From contig OX597819.1 of assembly GCA_951406725.2 (NCBI GenBank), positions 130,696,001 to 130,760,000 on the forward strand: a stretch of DNA of 64,000 nucleotides. The letters run 5' to 3'. How positions within the stretch are numbered: position 1 is the first letter of the stretch; every line of letters starts with the position of its first letter. Positions 1 through 12,500 of the stretch are shown piece by piece. Under the pieces are notes generated by a model that saw only the letters and a list, made by a program, of their open reading frames with translations, did no database searches and was not told where the DNA came from. A program made the position numbers and the translations under genes. This DNA is from Octopus vulgaris (taxonomy: Eukaryota).

Positions 1-1121
1 TTTGACCATTCTTCAGCTAAAACAGTCTCCAGTTCTTGTAGTGATGATGGTGGAGGATATTGACTCCTTACTTGTTTTTCTAAAATGCACCATAAATGTT
101 CAGCAATATTGAGATCTAAGGACTGTGGTGGTCAGATAAGATGTTCACCTTCACTAGAATGTACCTCGTACCATTCAGTAACAACTTTAGCTGTGTGAAT
201 TGGTCCATTATCATCCTGAAAGATTGCGTTTCCCTCCGGATACAGTTCCGAAACCATAGGATGAATTTGATCAGACAAAATGCTTGAATAATCTTCACTA
301 TTAATTCTGCCTTGAAGGGAAACCATTGGGCAGCGAATTTCCAAGATATAGCCCCACCAGATAATCACAGACCCTTCTCCATGTTTAACAGTTGGAAGAA
401 GACAGTCTGGGTTAAATGCTTCTTTTAGCTGTCTCCACGCGTATACTCGGCCAGAGGTCGGAAATAAAGTAAAGAATGACTCGTTCGAGAAAATAACATT
501 TTTCCACTGCTTTAGGGACCAATTCTGTAGATATTTACTCAACTCTCAACGCTTTGCAACGTTTGTTTTTGAAAGGAGTGGTTTTCTGATTGCAGCCCTC
601 CCGGCAACTCCGGCTTTGTGCAGCTCCTGGTGAACAGTTTTTGTGGAAACTGGGTTCTCGAGGTGGTCATTAAGCTCTGCAGTAATTTTGGGAGCTGTAC
701 TTTTGTGATCCTTTCTAACAATTCGCGTAAGAATCCGACAGTTCCTATCTGAAAGTTTTGGTTTTCTTCCGGAGTTCTGTTTCGACCAGGAGGTTTTCCC
801 TCTTTCTCAAAGGCTGTCATTACTTTCACGACAGTAGTTCTTGATACACCAAACATTTCAGCTGTTTTTGTTACGCTAACGCTTGCCATACGAACACCAA
901 AAATTTGATCTCTTTGAAAGTCCGATAGATTTGTCATTTTAATGAATTTTAATTACCTTTTTCTAATGATATCTGAAAAGAAACAGCAATTTTAGCAAAA
1001 CATATTAAGCAACACTAATAATAAATCAAAAAACAAAAATAAGCAAGCTTCTGGCGGTTTTATAGATATTATAAAATTATGATGCCATGATGCTAGGTGT
1101 TTCCATTATTTTGTCCAACCC

Positions 1122-1124
<3 letters not shown>
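1..1124 (-). mobile_element. Tc1-family DNA transposon, decayed; 3' part runs off the window
   Basis: ORF 539-937 gives a Tc1-type HTH N-terminus (LSDFQRDQI...TAEMFGVSRTTVVKV). ORF 132-542 has WKNVIFSNES (first D mutated), VKHGEGSVIIW and FQDDNGPIH, followed by frameshifted PPQSLDLNIAEHLW. TIR-like end at ~1096-1124 reads CAAGGGTTGGACAAAATAATGGAAACACC on the minus strand. Confidence 0.9.
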
Positions 1125-1193
<69 letters not shown>

Positions 1194-1226
1194 GTATGTA
1201 TGTATGTATGTATGTATGTATGTATA
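1123..1226. repeat. (TG)n/(TATG)n compound microsatellite
   Basis: Direct reading. Confidence 0.95.
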
Positions 1227-1749
1227 TCAGATAACCTTATTTCTGCATTGAAATAACTTTCCTAGTGGATAACAATGGCTGTCTATAAAGCTGGAGGTTG
1301 TTCAGAACATATCGATAACACTAAGACATTATATCGCCCAATAAAGAATCTTTTAAGATACAGATCGATTATTAATTATTGTTGTTATGTCTTAATAGAG
1401 GACTTCTTCATTTAATGCAATTAATTTTTTAAAGAAGGGTCAGCATGAAACCGCGTGACACAGAGTCATCTAAGGTTAAGATATTAGGTATTACATTAGT
1501 CTCTCTCTCTCTCTCTCACCACCATGTCTCCCGTGGAAATAAGTAATATTAGACCAACAGATCGCAATGAGACGGAATTAGTAAGTATGCCGATACCAAT
1601 ATCATAGTATACGGCAGTAATCTAAACTAACATCACAGTAGACCACAATAAGCTAATACACACACACACATACACACACCACCACCACCACCACCACACA
1701 AATACATGTAAGAGTTTATTCGCGTCTTACCTTTACTCTTAGTCAAGAA

Positions 1750-1915
1750 GCGTAGCTTAGTGGTTCGGCTAACGATCGTAACATCGTGAGTTCGATTCCC
1801 GGCACCGCGTTATGTCTTTGCGCAGAGTACTTTATTTCCCGTTGCTCCAATCTACTCGAATGGCAAAAAATGAGTAGTAGCTGTATTTCAAAGGGTCAGC
1901 TTTGTCACATTCTTT
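1750..1915 (+). mobile_element. Degenerate tRNA-derived SINE (family B-related)
   Basis: Box A-like TAGCTTAGTGG and box B GAGTTCGATTCCC; body resembles the copies at 25690 and 36961. Confidence 0.65.
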
Positions 1916-1960
1916 GTAATGCTTATGTGTGAGTGAGTGCATATACATACATGTATATTA

Positions 1961-2190
1961 GGCGGCGAGCTGGCAGAAACGTTAGCGCGCCGAGCGAAAT
2001 GCTTAGCGGTATTTTCTCTGTCGTTACGTTCTGAGTTCAAATTCCGCCGAGGTCGACTTTGCCTTTCATCCTTTCGAGGTCGATAAATAAAGTACCAGTT
2101 CCGCACTGGGGTCGATGTAATCGACTTAATCCCTTTGTCTGTCCTTGTTTGTCCCCTCTGTGTTTGGCCCCTTGTGGGTAGTAAAGAAAT
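1961..2190 (+). mobile_element. tRNA-derived SINE, family C (GGCGGCGAGCTGGCAG head)
   Basis: Box A GAGCTGGCAGAAACGTTAGC, box B GAGTTCAAATTCC, tail ...GTGGGTAGTAAAGAAATA. Near-identical copies at 7348, 21667, 25444 and 54785. Confidence 0.9.
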
Positions 2191-2634
2191 ATATACATAC
2201 ATGTAAACATGCATGCATGCATGCATCCATTCATCCATCCATCCATTCATACATACATACATACATACATACATACATGCATACATACATACATACGTAC
2301 ATACATACATAATCCCATTTGATAGTTTTATATGCTAGCTATAATATATTCGTGCTTTATTGTTCACAATAGATTTAATTCTTCCTGGAGATATCTGCTA
2401 CAATTCGTAAGTTTTATTCTCAATTCCCATGTCCCATTATCAGCCCTTATTCTGCTCCCTTGAATTGTACCCACCAACTTCTAATCCCTACTTTGCACCA
2501 GGATCTAACTATTCCGATGAACCCATATTTCTTTTTTTATTTCCATGTGTCTCTTTTCTAAGTTAGTCATTATATTATTTTATGTTAGTCTTACACTGTT
2601 TTATTTCCTTCTTTACCTGATTTTGAACGAGAAT

Positions 2635-2910
<276 letters not shown>

Positions 2911-4106
2911 AAGACAAATTAGATTAGATACGTACAGAACATAAAAATTGGGTGTCGAATTGGCAGTCACCAGAGTGTTGGATAGAATGCCTCGCGGTTT
3001 TGTTCAAACTCTCCGCTCTGAGTGTAAATCTCTCCGAGATCAACCTTTCATTTCGTACTTTTGGCGTCAGTAACAATATAACAATCTAGGACGGGAGAAT
3101 TGCGAAATTGGGAACGAGTCGGACAAGGTACCTTGCGATACCTTTTCCTGTTCTTTGCATTCTACAAAGAATGTCACTGACGAAATTGATGCCAAGTTGT
3201 ATAGGTCCAAGACGATAATCTTTGACTTGGATAAATAAATCTCGCTCAGGCTTGCGCGTATGTGTAGAGGCATGGTTAACAATGGCTGATATACGAACTA
3301 CAAAATAGCAAGAAAGATTAATAAGAGGGATATAAATCAACGAATGTATGTTTACGAGCGTGTGCATACATATTTATGCCATGTGCGTTTAAAAACGAGA
3401 GAATCGAGCACATAATCCATGATGTAGAGTTAACGGGAAACAATTGGTGACTTACTCCGTTGTTACTCAGAGTTTCAGACGTAAAGTATAAGTTTTAGCA
3501 AAGTTAGTTGGTTCCCATTGGTTAAGTAGTTTTTATATTTTCATATGCGTAGGAGTGGTTGTGTGGTAAGTAGCTTGCTTGCGCATGCGTTGGTTAGTTG
3601 CTTCCAATGTCGAATGATGTCAAGACGTGCTTATGTAGTCGTCCTGAATTGAAGAAATATTGAAGGCGCGACTGTAAGGTAGGTATCTGTTTGGGGAGGG
3701 ATTCAGTTGAGTTTTGTTGCTTGATATTGTTTTTCTTTTTTCGAATAAGAAATCCTCACTGGGTCCCGGACATTTGTCTGCCTGCAGTTGTGCTAAGTGA
3801 CTCACTTAGCTGTGAGAATTGGTGTTTGGTGGGCGTGTCTCGCCACCAAAATTTGTGAAAATTTTGAAAATGCGACCGATTTGTGGAGGATTTTTTGTGT
3901 GTTCCTGCTGCTACTGTGACCTGGAGTACCTGTGCAGAGTACCATTTTTGGAATACATGTGGGCCAGGATTACCGAGTGGCCGGAATTGTGTTGCCGTGA
4001 CTTGAACTGTCTTCCTTCGTTCTTTTTCTCTGATCTGTATTTCTGCACTTTTTGTTTATTTTTGACTTTATTTAGACATTTTGTTTGAACTCTCTTTTCT
4101 ACAAGT

Positions 4107-5127
4107 ATGGCAAAAATGCAAACACTGTGTTGGAGTGGGAGAGTGTATCTCTCCAAGCAGTGGGTAAAAGACTTCAACGAGAGAACGGTGGTGTTGAGGA
4201 CGTATTCCAAGTCTCTCGACACCATCAATGCGTTTCTTCAAATTGAAATAGAAAAAGAGTTGACAGAATATCTGTATATTGCCAGGGGTGTCAAGTTTGC
4301 AACGGTGTGGTTGCTATATGACACCCATAAGGAGGTTCGCAATTTTTCGAGCCAGCCCTTAGAAGGGCAAAAAATTCTGTTTCTTCCCACATATTGTGGG
4401 AAGAAATTAACAAGAGCTTGGGTCTGTAGGCTGCCACCAGGGATAGAACCCGAGTGGATAGAAGACACTATCCGCAGGGGTCTGGGTGGCAGCGGAGCCA
4501 AGCTCCTAAATGTTAAAATTCTGCATGCGGTTGACTGGGTGGGGTCAAGAGCGGTTTTGACCCTATGGACCCAATCAGCCAATAATCTGGTTTTCTCAGA
4601 TTTTTTGAGAATGGCCGGTTCTAGGTATCCGATGATTCTTGAGGGACGCCCCCACCAAGTGTTACCTGTGCCTGGAACCAGGCCACATTAAAAAGAACTG
4701 CCCCCAGGACCAAGGTAAGGCCTTGGAGCAGTTAATAAAAGTAGCGGCCCTCACTCCCCCATTGGAGGGAGAGATGGAGGTAGTCGAGGAGGTGGAAACC
4801 TCCTCGAAAAAAGGAAAGAAAAGAAAGAAGGTGGGCAACAATGGTTGCCGACCGAACGACCCTAAAGCTGCGGGAGGGGAGGAAGATTCCCCCTTAGCAA
4901 AGGGGAGAAAAAGAAAAAAGGAAAAGAACGGGACATTGCCGGCAATTGACGATGCATTGCCGGCATGCTCTGAAACTTTGTCGGTAGGAAGTGTGCCACC
5001 GACAGAGGAACCTGTGACCCCTCCCAGAGCGACGAGAAATGAATTTGTTATCTTCTTCCATAAGGGAGGGGCAATACAGAGCTTCTTAAGGAAGCTAGAG
5101 GGCCGGACGGAGGAGCCCATGCCCTGA
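4107..5127 (+). pseudogene. gag-like ORF1 of a non-LTR retrotransposon (L1/Tx1-like) with CCHC zinc knuckle; one frameshift
   Basis: ORF 4107-4691 ends ...RYPMILEGRP. Removing one C in CGCCCCCACC (~4647-4656) joins it to TKCYLCLEPGHIKKNCP (CX2CX4HX4C) in ORF 4639-5127, followed by a basic KKGKKRKK-rich tail. Probable 5'UTR from ~3590. Confidence 0.75.
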
Positions 5128-5340
5128 ACTGAAGACCCGGATTGAACTCCGCAGGTGACTTCGGGGGGTCAGATCGGAAGTCGATATTTTCAGGGTGTTG
5201 GACTCCTTCCTGAAGGAACAGTTTATGTAGTACGTAGATATTCATCCTTACAGGCATATATATATATGCCTGTATGGATGATTATCTACGCACTTACATA
5301 CATACATGCATATATATAAATATATATAATTATATATCTA

Positions 5341-5396
<56 letters not shown>

Positions 5397-5398
<2 letters not shown>

Positions 5399-6488
5399 CA
5401 GAATACCGCTAATAACTCAGGGGCGAAATTTAGGATTTCTCGGTTTTCTGTGAATCGATTTTGAGAAAACTTTTCTCATCTGGTTTGCACACTATGGCAA
5501 CACCATTGTTATGTTTTCGTTATTCTGTGTAACGTCCTTTCTGAAACTGCCTCCTTTAACGCCCCATCACAGGAGTTAGAGGCTTCGATGGGCCCAAAGG
5601 CACATGACGTTAGACATGAGTTGTGTTCTGTTCACTGAAGAAACCAGGACGTCCCTTGACGAACCTGACGGTTGTGTCTATTTGGGAGAAGAGTGTCACC
5701 AACGTTTACGTGGTATCATTGGGGACAGACTTGTTAGCCCAGTCAGAATCTGAAGGGTTTAATATGAGTGCTGCCGCCTACTGCAATCTCCTGAAGGAGG
5801 TCTTGGACATGACATACCGTTGTTACTTCTAAGGAATCTCGTGTTCATGCATGACAACGCTCTCTCTCCCACTCTGCTAGGGCCACCCAAATATTTCTCG
5901 GGTCTTTCGGTATACAAAGTGAAAGTTTGATGGTGTGGCCGCTAGCATCTCCGGATCTCAAACCTATCGAAAATCTTTGGTCCATTATTAAATAAGACGT
6001 TTATGCCGATGGTCGCCAATTTACATCGAAAATGCCTTATAGGCGACCATCAAAGCTGCAGCAGAGTCAGTCCATCCTGCTAATATTAAGAAATTTATAG
6101 ATTCCATGACTAATAGGGTTTTTGAAGTTATCCGGCACATTTAGTCACATGACGCTCATGTGACTAAATAATTCATTATGTCAATAAATGTTATTATGGT
6201 TTTCTGTTAAATATATACTCAAGGTATGCTTAATATGTATCGTCACCCTTCAATTTCAGGAAAAAAATGTCTAGATGGGCTATTTTCATTCAAAAGCTAA
6301 TGGTGTGGTTTGCCAAAAAACTGAAGAATCTGAAATAATCTTAAAGAACGTTACACTGAACAGTGAAAAACATAACAATGGTGTTGGCACAGTGTGCCAA
6401 CCAGGTGGGAAAAGTTTTATTAAAATCGTTTCACAGAAAACCGAAACATCCTAAATTTCACTCCTAAAGCAATTAGCGTGGTTCTAGG
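5397..6488 (+). mobile_element. Internally deleted Tc1-family transposon with long (~150 bp) TIRs
   Basis: TA|CCCAGAATACCGCTAAT... at 5397 matches the reverse complement of ...ATTAGCGTGGTTCTAGG|TA at 6488 over ~150 bp. Internal LVFMHDNA (~5838) and VWPLASPDLKPIENLWSII (~5933) are DD34E motifs. Confidence 0.9.
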
Positions 6489-6523
6489 TATATATTTATA
6501 CATACATACATCCATACATACAT

Positions 6524-6604
<81 letters not shown>

Positions 6605-7347
6605 CATATATATATATACATATGTATATACAAATATATAAATACATATACATACATACGTTTATATATGTGTGTGTGTGTATGTGTGTATAGATATATA
6701 TAAATATAAAGACGACACACACAACACACATATGTATGTAGTGCAAGCAATCGCCAATAAGTTTAGTAAATATATTTGGGTTTTTGTTTTAATTCACCAG
6801 TTATCCATTACTTGGAATCTGGAGCCAAAGAGAAGATCATTAGAAGGTTTATCAATGAGGAAATTTTTCAAAATACTCCATCCCAGTAACTAATTATTAC
6901 TAGGAACCTCGGAGTTAGACTTACGGTTAGAGTTAGGTAATAATGAACATAGAATTATAATTATATATCAAGTTTCTTGTCAGCCAAGTACAAAACAATT
7001 ACGAATGTGTGTGAGAGTGCGCGTGCTTCTGTATATGTGTATGAATGTGTGTATATGTGTGTGTGCGTGTGCGCGTGAAGTATGATATTTACAAAGATTT
7101 CCACGTACAGTAATGTTAGACATTGTAAAGCCTAATATGAGAAAAGAGAAACAAGCTGAAACGGGCGTCCCTTTGCAAATGAGTGAAACTAATCTAGTAT
7201 TATAAAAGACAAGCAGACTTCCGTGTCTCTCTGTCCGTAAGAACATTTATATTAGGGAGGGAAAGAAGTGGGGTAATCAAAATATATGTCACACTGCATT
7301 CTTAGAAAAAGGGAAGGAGAAAAAGCTGTTGTTGAGAGAGAAATACC

Positions 7348-7578
7348 TATTTCTTTACTACCCACAAGGGGCTAAACACAGAGGGGACAAATAAGGACAG
7401 ACACACGGAATAAGTCGATTATATCGACCCCAGTGCGTAACTGGTACTTAATTTATGGGCCCCGAAAGGATGAAAGGCAAAGTCGACCTCGGCGGAATTT
7501 GAACTCAGAACGTAGCGGCAGACGAAATATCGCTAGACATTTCGCCTTGCGGGTTAACGTTTCTGCCAATGCACCGCC
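7348..7578 (-). mobile_element. SINE family C with ~18-bp TSD
   Basis: Reverse complement of 1961-2190; flanked by TTGTTGAGAGRGAAATAC at 7329-7346 and 7579-7596. Confidence 0.92.
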
Positions 7579-7989
7579 TTGTTGAGAGGGAAATACAATT
7601 AGTGAGAGATAGAGAGGGGGTGAGTGTGTCAAAGGTGGCCAGGTAGTGTTGTCACCATCGTAACTAGCAAATTTTGAAAGAAATATGGTTTCTTTTGGTT
7701 GTCTGTGTGTGGGAGTTTATCTGTGTGTATGCGTGTGTGCGCGCACGCGCGTTTCAGTGTCCTTCAACATATAGAAGACGCAATACAGACTTTAAATAAA
7801 AGAAAGGGCAAGAAAATGTTGTTATTGAGTGAGAAATACAGTAGAAGAGACATAATGTGTATGTGTGCATGTGCAAGACCGGTAGATAGATAGGTATTGT
7901 TGTCACCATAGTAACTAATAAGGTTTGATTAAAAATGCGGGAATTTTAAGTGCAAGTCAATACAACGGAACACAAATTTCTAAAAACGA

Positions 7990-8053
<64 letters not shown>

Positions 8054-8060
8054 GTATATA

Positions 8061-8952
8061 TTTTTTTTCTAGTTTCAGCTCAGAGCTGCGGCCATGCTGA
8101 TGCACCGCCGTTTTGTGCTACACTGTTATTACGACGAACCTCGTCTAATATGTGGCACTTGGTGAAGAATGGAGTTTGATATAGCTACTCTCATTTGCAC
8201 CTCTTGCCGTGAGGTAGGTTCATCTGGGACTCTTGACAGGAAGATGTCCAGCTTTGATATAAAAACCGATACATCTACTTTGTGCAAGTTCCTCAGACTC
8301 TTTAGGAGAATATTAAAAAGCTGTGGGCCCTTGAAACCCAGGCTGTTGCAGTAACTGGTCCTGAAGCATGATGGCATTGCTGGGATCTTTGGCACTATGC
8401 AGTGTCGTCCCGTTCTAGCATTGGTGTAGCTTACAATGCCAAATTTGGCACAATTCCTTCCAGGATCTTCCAGACATATATTACTGCATACCTCTCCCGT
8501 CTTCTCTCCAGGGAGTAGAGACTTAGCTGTTTCAACCTTTCCCAGTAGATGAGCTGTTGCAAAGAGATGATCTTCTTTGTGAATCTTCTCTGGATTGCTT
8601 CAAGGTCCGCTGTTAATTTTACACTGGTGGGTGACCATAGCTGTGAGCAGTAATCCAGGCGACTGAGGACGAATGTCCGCCAGAGGACCATCATGGTTTC
8701 CTTCTCTCTGGTTCTGAATGTTCTTAGGATCCACCCAAACAGCCGTCTGCACTTTGTCGCCATCCTGGTAATGTGCACTTGGAAAGAGGTATCATCAATC
8801 ATGTCGATATCCAGGTCCCTCACAGACTTAGGCTCTGGAATTGAAATTCCCTGTGGACCGGTGTATCCTGTAAGTTTAATATTCAGTTTTGGATGCTGGT
8901 AGCGCAGAGCCTGGAAATTTTCAGCATTAAAATGCAGATTATTATCCTCAGC

Positions 8953-8955
<3 letters not shown>
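8061..8955 (-). mobile_element. 3' fragment of CR1-type LINE (RT C-terminus plus 3'UTR)
   Basis: ORF 8431-9027 (FRTREKETMMVLWRTFVLSRLDYCSQLWSP...SLERRRERY) and ORF 8129-8395 match the C-terminus of the 56024-58447 ORF. 3' end GGCGGTGCATCAGCATGGCCGCAGCTCTGAGCTGAAACTAG. Confidence 0.92.
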
Positions 8956-9026
<71 letters not shown>

Positions 9027-9141
9027 TACATGTAGATATTTTTCTTTTCCTTTCTCTGTGTGTGTGATGTGTATGTGTCTGTGTAATCTTTCAGCATACA
9101 GGCAAGGCAATGCAGGCTACAAAAACATAACTGTATATATA

Positions 9142-9210
<69 letters not shown>

Positions 9211-9225
9211 GTATATGTAAAAAAA

Positions 9226-9560
9226 TACAAACTCAGACAGAACGCAAGACACTTAGAAGTTCATACAAAAAAGACGGACGGCACATTCGAAGACTTCAAT
9301 CTTCAGTCAAGAACCGGATCATCTTCGCAATTTCGGCGGTTTAATCTTGAGATTGCTCCGATCTGGCCAGCCCCAACGGGAAAATCTAAACCAAGCGCAT
9401 TAGATTCCTTGGAAGAAAGCCCCAAATGTCTACAAAACAAGGACGGAAAAACGGACGATGTTACACGAATAAGAATACAAACAAAAGTAAAAACAATAAT
9501 GGTAATAATAATAGAAAAAAACAGGACGTCACAGACAGGACGAGTAAATTATTAGCTGGC
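9226..9560 (-). mobile_element. Unclassified interspersed repeat next to (TA)n, possibly a Penelope-like terminus
   Basis: Reverse-complement homolog at ~30890-31140 (GGATCCGGTTCTTGACTGAAGATTGAAG...). Both copies abut AT-rich microsatellite. Orientation is uncertain. Confidence 0.6.
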
Positions 9561-9577
9561 GTGGTAGAGAAATGCCT

Positions 9578-12500
9578 TATCTCTCAAATCCTCCCCAACA
9601 TTCCTCCCCTTCACCTCTCAAATCCCCCCCTCTGGAATGTAAAACATTCCTCCCTCCCCTTCCTCCCCTTCACCTCTCAAATCCCCCTCTCTGGAATGTT
9701 CAACATTCCTCCCTCCCCTTCCTCCCCTTCACCTCTCAAATCCCCCTCTCTGGAATGTTCAACATTCCTTCCTCCCCTTCCTCCCCTTCACCTCTCAAAT
9801 CCCACTCTCTGGAATGTTCAACATTCCTCCCACCCCTTCCGACCCTTCATCTCTGAAATCCCCCTCTCTGGAATGTTCAGCATTCCTTCCTCTTCTTCCT
9901 CCCCTTCACCTCTCAAATCCCCCTCTCTGGAATGTTCAACATTCCTCCTTCCCCTTCCGACCATTCAACTCTCAAATCCCCCTCTCTGGAATGTTCAACA
10001 TTCCTCCCTCCCCTTCCTCCACTTCATCTCTGAAATCCCCCTCTCTGGAATGTTCAACATTCCTTCCTCTCCTTCCTCCCCTTCACCTCTCAAATCCCCC
10101 TCTCTGGAATGTTCAACATTCCTTCTTCCCCTTCCGACCCTTCAACTCTCAAATCCCCCTCTCTGGAATGTTCAACATTCCTCCCTCCCCTTCCTCCCCT
10201 TCATCTCTGAAATCCCCCTCTCTGGAATGTTCAACATTCCTCCCTCCCCTTCCGACCCTTCACCTCTCAAATCCCCCTCTCTGGAATGTTCAACATTCCT
10301 CCCTCCCCTTCCTCCCCTTCATCTCTGAAATCCCCCTCTCTGGAATGTTCAACATTCCTCCTTCCACTTCCGACCCTTCAACTCTCAAATCCCCCTCTCT
10401 GGAATGTTCAACATTCCTCCCCCCTTCCTCCCATTCACCTCTCAAATCCCCCTCTCTGGAATGTTCAACATTCCTCCCTCCCCTTCTTCCCCTTCACCTC
10501 TCAAATCCCCCTCTCTGGAATGTTCAACATTCCTCCCGACCCTTCCGACCCTTCACCTCTCGAATCCCACTCTCTGGAATGTTCAACATTCCTCCCACCA
10601 CTTCCGACCCTTCATCTCTGAAATCCCCCTCTCTGGAATGTTCAGCATTCCTTCCTCTTCTTCCTCCCCTTCACCTCTCAAATCCCCCTCTCTGGAATGT
10701 TCAACATTCCTCCTTCCCCTTCCGACACATTCACCTCTCAAATCCCCCTCTCTGGAATGTTCAACATTCCTCCCTCCCCTTCCTCCACTTCATCTCTGAA
10801 ATCCCCCTCTCTGGAATATTCAGCATTCCTTCCTCTCCTTCCTCCCCTTCACCTCTCAAATCCCCCTCTCTGGAATGTTCAACATTCCTTCTTCCACTTC
10901 CGACCCTTCAACTCTCAAATCCCCCTCTCTGGAATGTTCAACATTCCTCCCACCCCTTCCTCCCCTTCATCTCAAATACCCCTCTCTGGAATGTTCAACA
11001 TTCCTCCCTCCCCATCCGACCCTTCACCTCTCAAATCCCCCTCTCTGGAATGTTCAAAATTCCTCCCTCCCCTTCCTCCACTTCATCTCTGAAATCCCCT
11101 CTCTGGAATGTTCAACATTCCTCCTTCCAATTCCGACCCTTCAACTCTCAAATCCCCCTCTCTGGAATGTTCAACATTCCTCCCTCCCCTTCCTCCCATT
11201 CACCTCTCAAATCCCCCTCTCTGGAATGTTCAACATTTCTCCCACCCCTTCCGAACCTTCAACTCTCAAATCCCCCTCTCTGGAATGTTCACCATTCCTT
11301 CCTCCACTTCCTCCTCTTCACCTCTGAAATCCCCTACATGGAATGTTCAGCATTCCATCCTCCCCTTCCTCCCCTTCACCTCTCAAATCCCCCTCTCTGG
11401 AATGTTCAACATTCGTAACGCCACTTCCTAACCTCCACCTCTCAAAGACCCCTCTCTGGAATGTTCAACACTCCAACCTCACCTCCCTCCTCTTCTCCTC
11501 TCAAAACCCCACACTAGAATGTTCAACATTCCTTCCTCCCCTTCCTCCCCTTCACCTCTGAAATCCCCCTCACTGGAATGTTCAACATTCCTCCTTCCCC
11601 TTCCGACACTTCACCTCTCAAATCCCCCTCTCTGGAAAGTTCAACATTCCTCCCTCCCCTTCCTCCCCATCACCTCTCAAATCCCCCTCTCTGGAATGTT
11701 CAACATTCCTCCTTCCGCTTCCTCCCCTTCAACTCTCAAATCCCCCTCTCTGGAATGTTCAACATTCCTCCTTCCCCTTCCGACACTTCACCTCTCAAAT
11801 CCCCCTCTCTGGAATGTTCAACATTCCTCCCTCACCTTCCTCCCATTCATCTCTCAAATCCCCCTCTCTGGAATGTTCAACATTCCTCCCTCCCCTTCCT
11901 CCCCTTCACCTCTCAAATCCCCCTCTGTGGAATGTTCAACATTCCTCATTCTCCTTCCGACACTTCATCTCTCAAATCCCCCTCTCTGGAATGTTCCACA
12001 TTCCTCCCTCCCCTTCCTCCAAATCACCTCTCAAATCCCCCTCTCTGGAATGTTCAACATTCCTCCTTCCTCTTCCTCCCCTTCACCTCTCAAATCCCCC
12101 TCTCTGGAATGTTCAACATTCCTCCCTTCCCTTCCTCCCCTTCACTTCTCAAATCCCCTCTCTGGAATGTTCAACATTCCTCCTTCCCCTTCCGACACTT
12201 CACCTCTCAAATCCCCCTCTCTTGAATGTTCAACATTCCTCCCTTCCCTTCCTCCCCATCACCTCTCAAATCCCCCTCTCTGGAATGTTCAACATTCCTT
12301 CCTCCCCTTCCTCCACTTCATCTCTGAAATCCCCCTCTCTGGAATGTTCAACATTCCTCCTTCCACTTCCGACCCTTCAACTCTCAAATCCCCCTCTCTG
12401 GAATGTTCAACATTACTCCCTCCCCTTCCTCCCCTTCACCTCTCAAATCCCCCTCTCTGGAATGTTCAACATTCCTCCCTCCCCTTCCTCCCATTCACCT

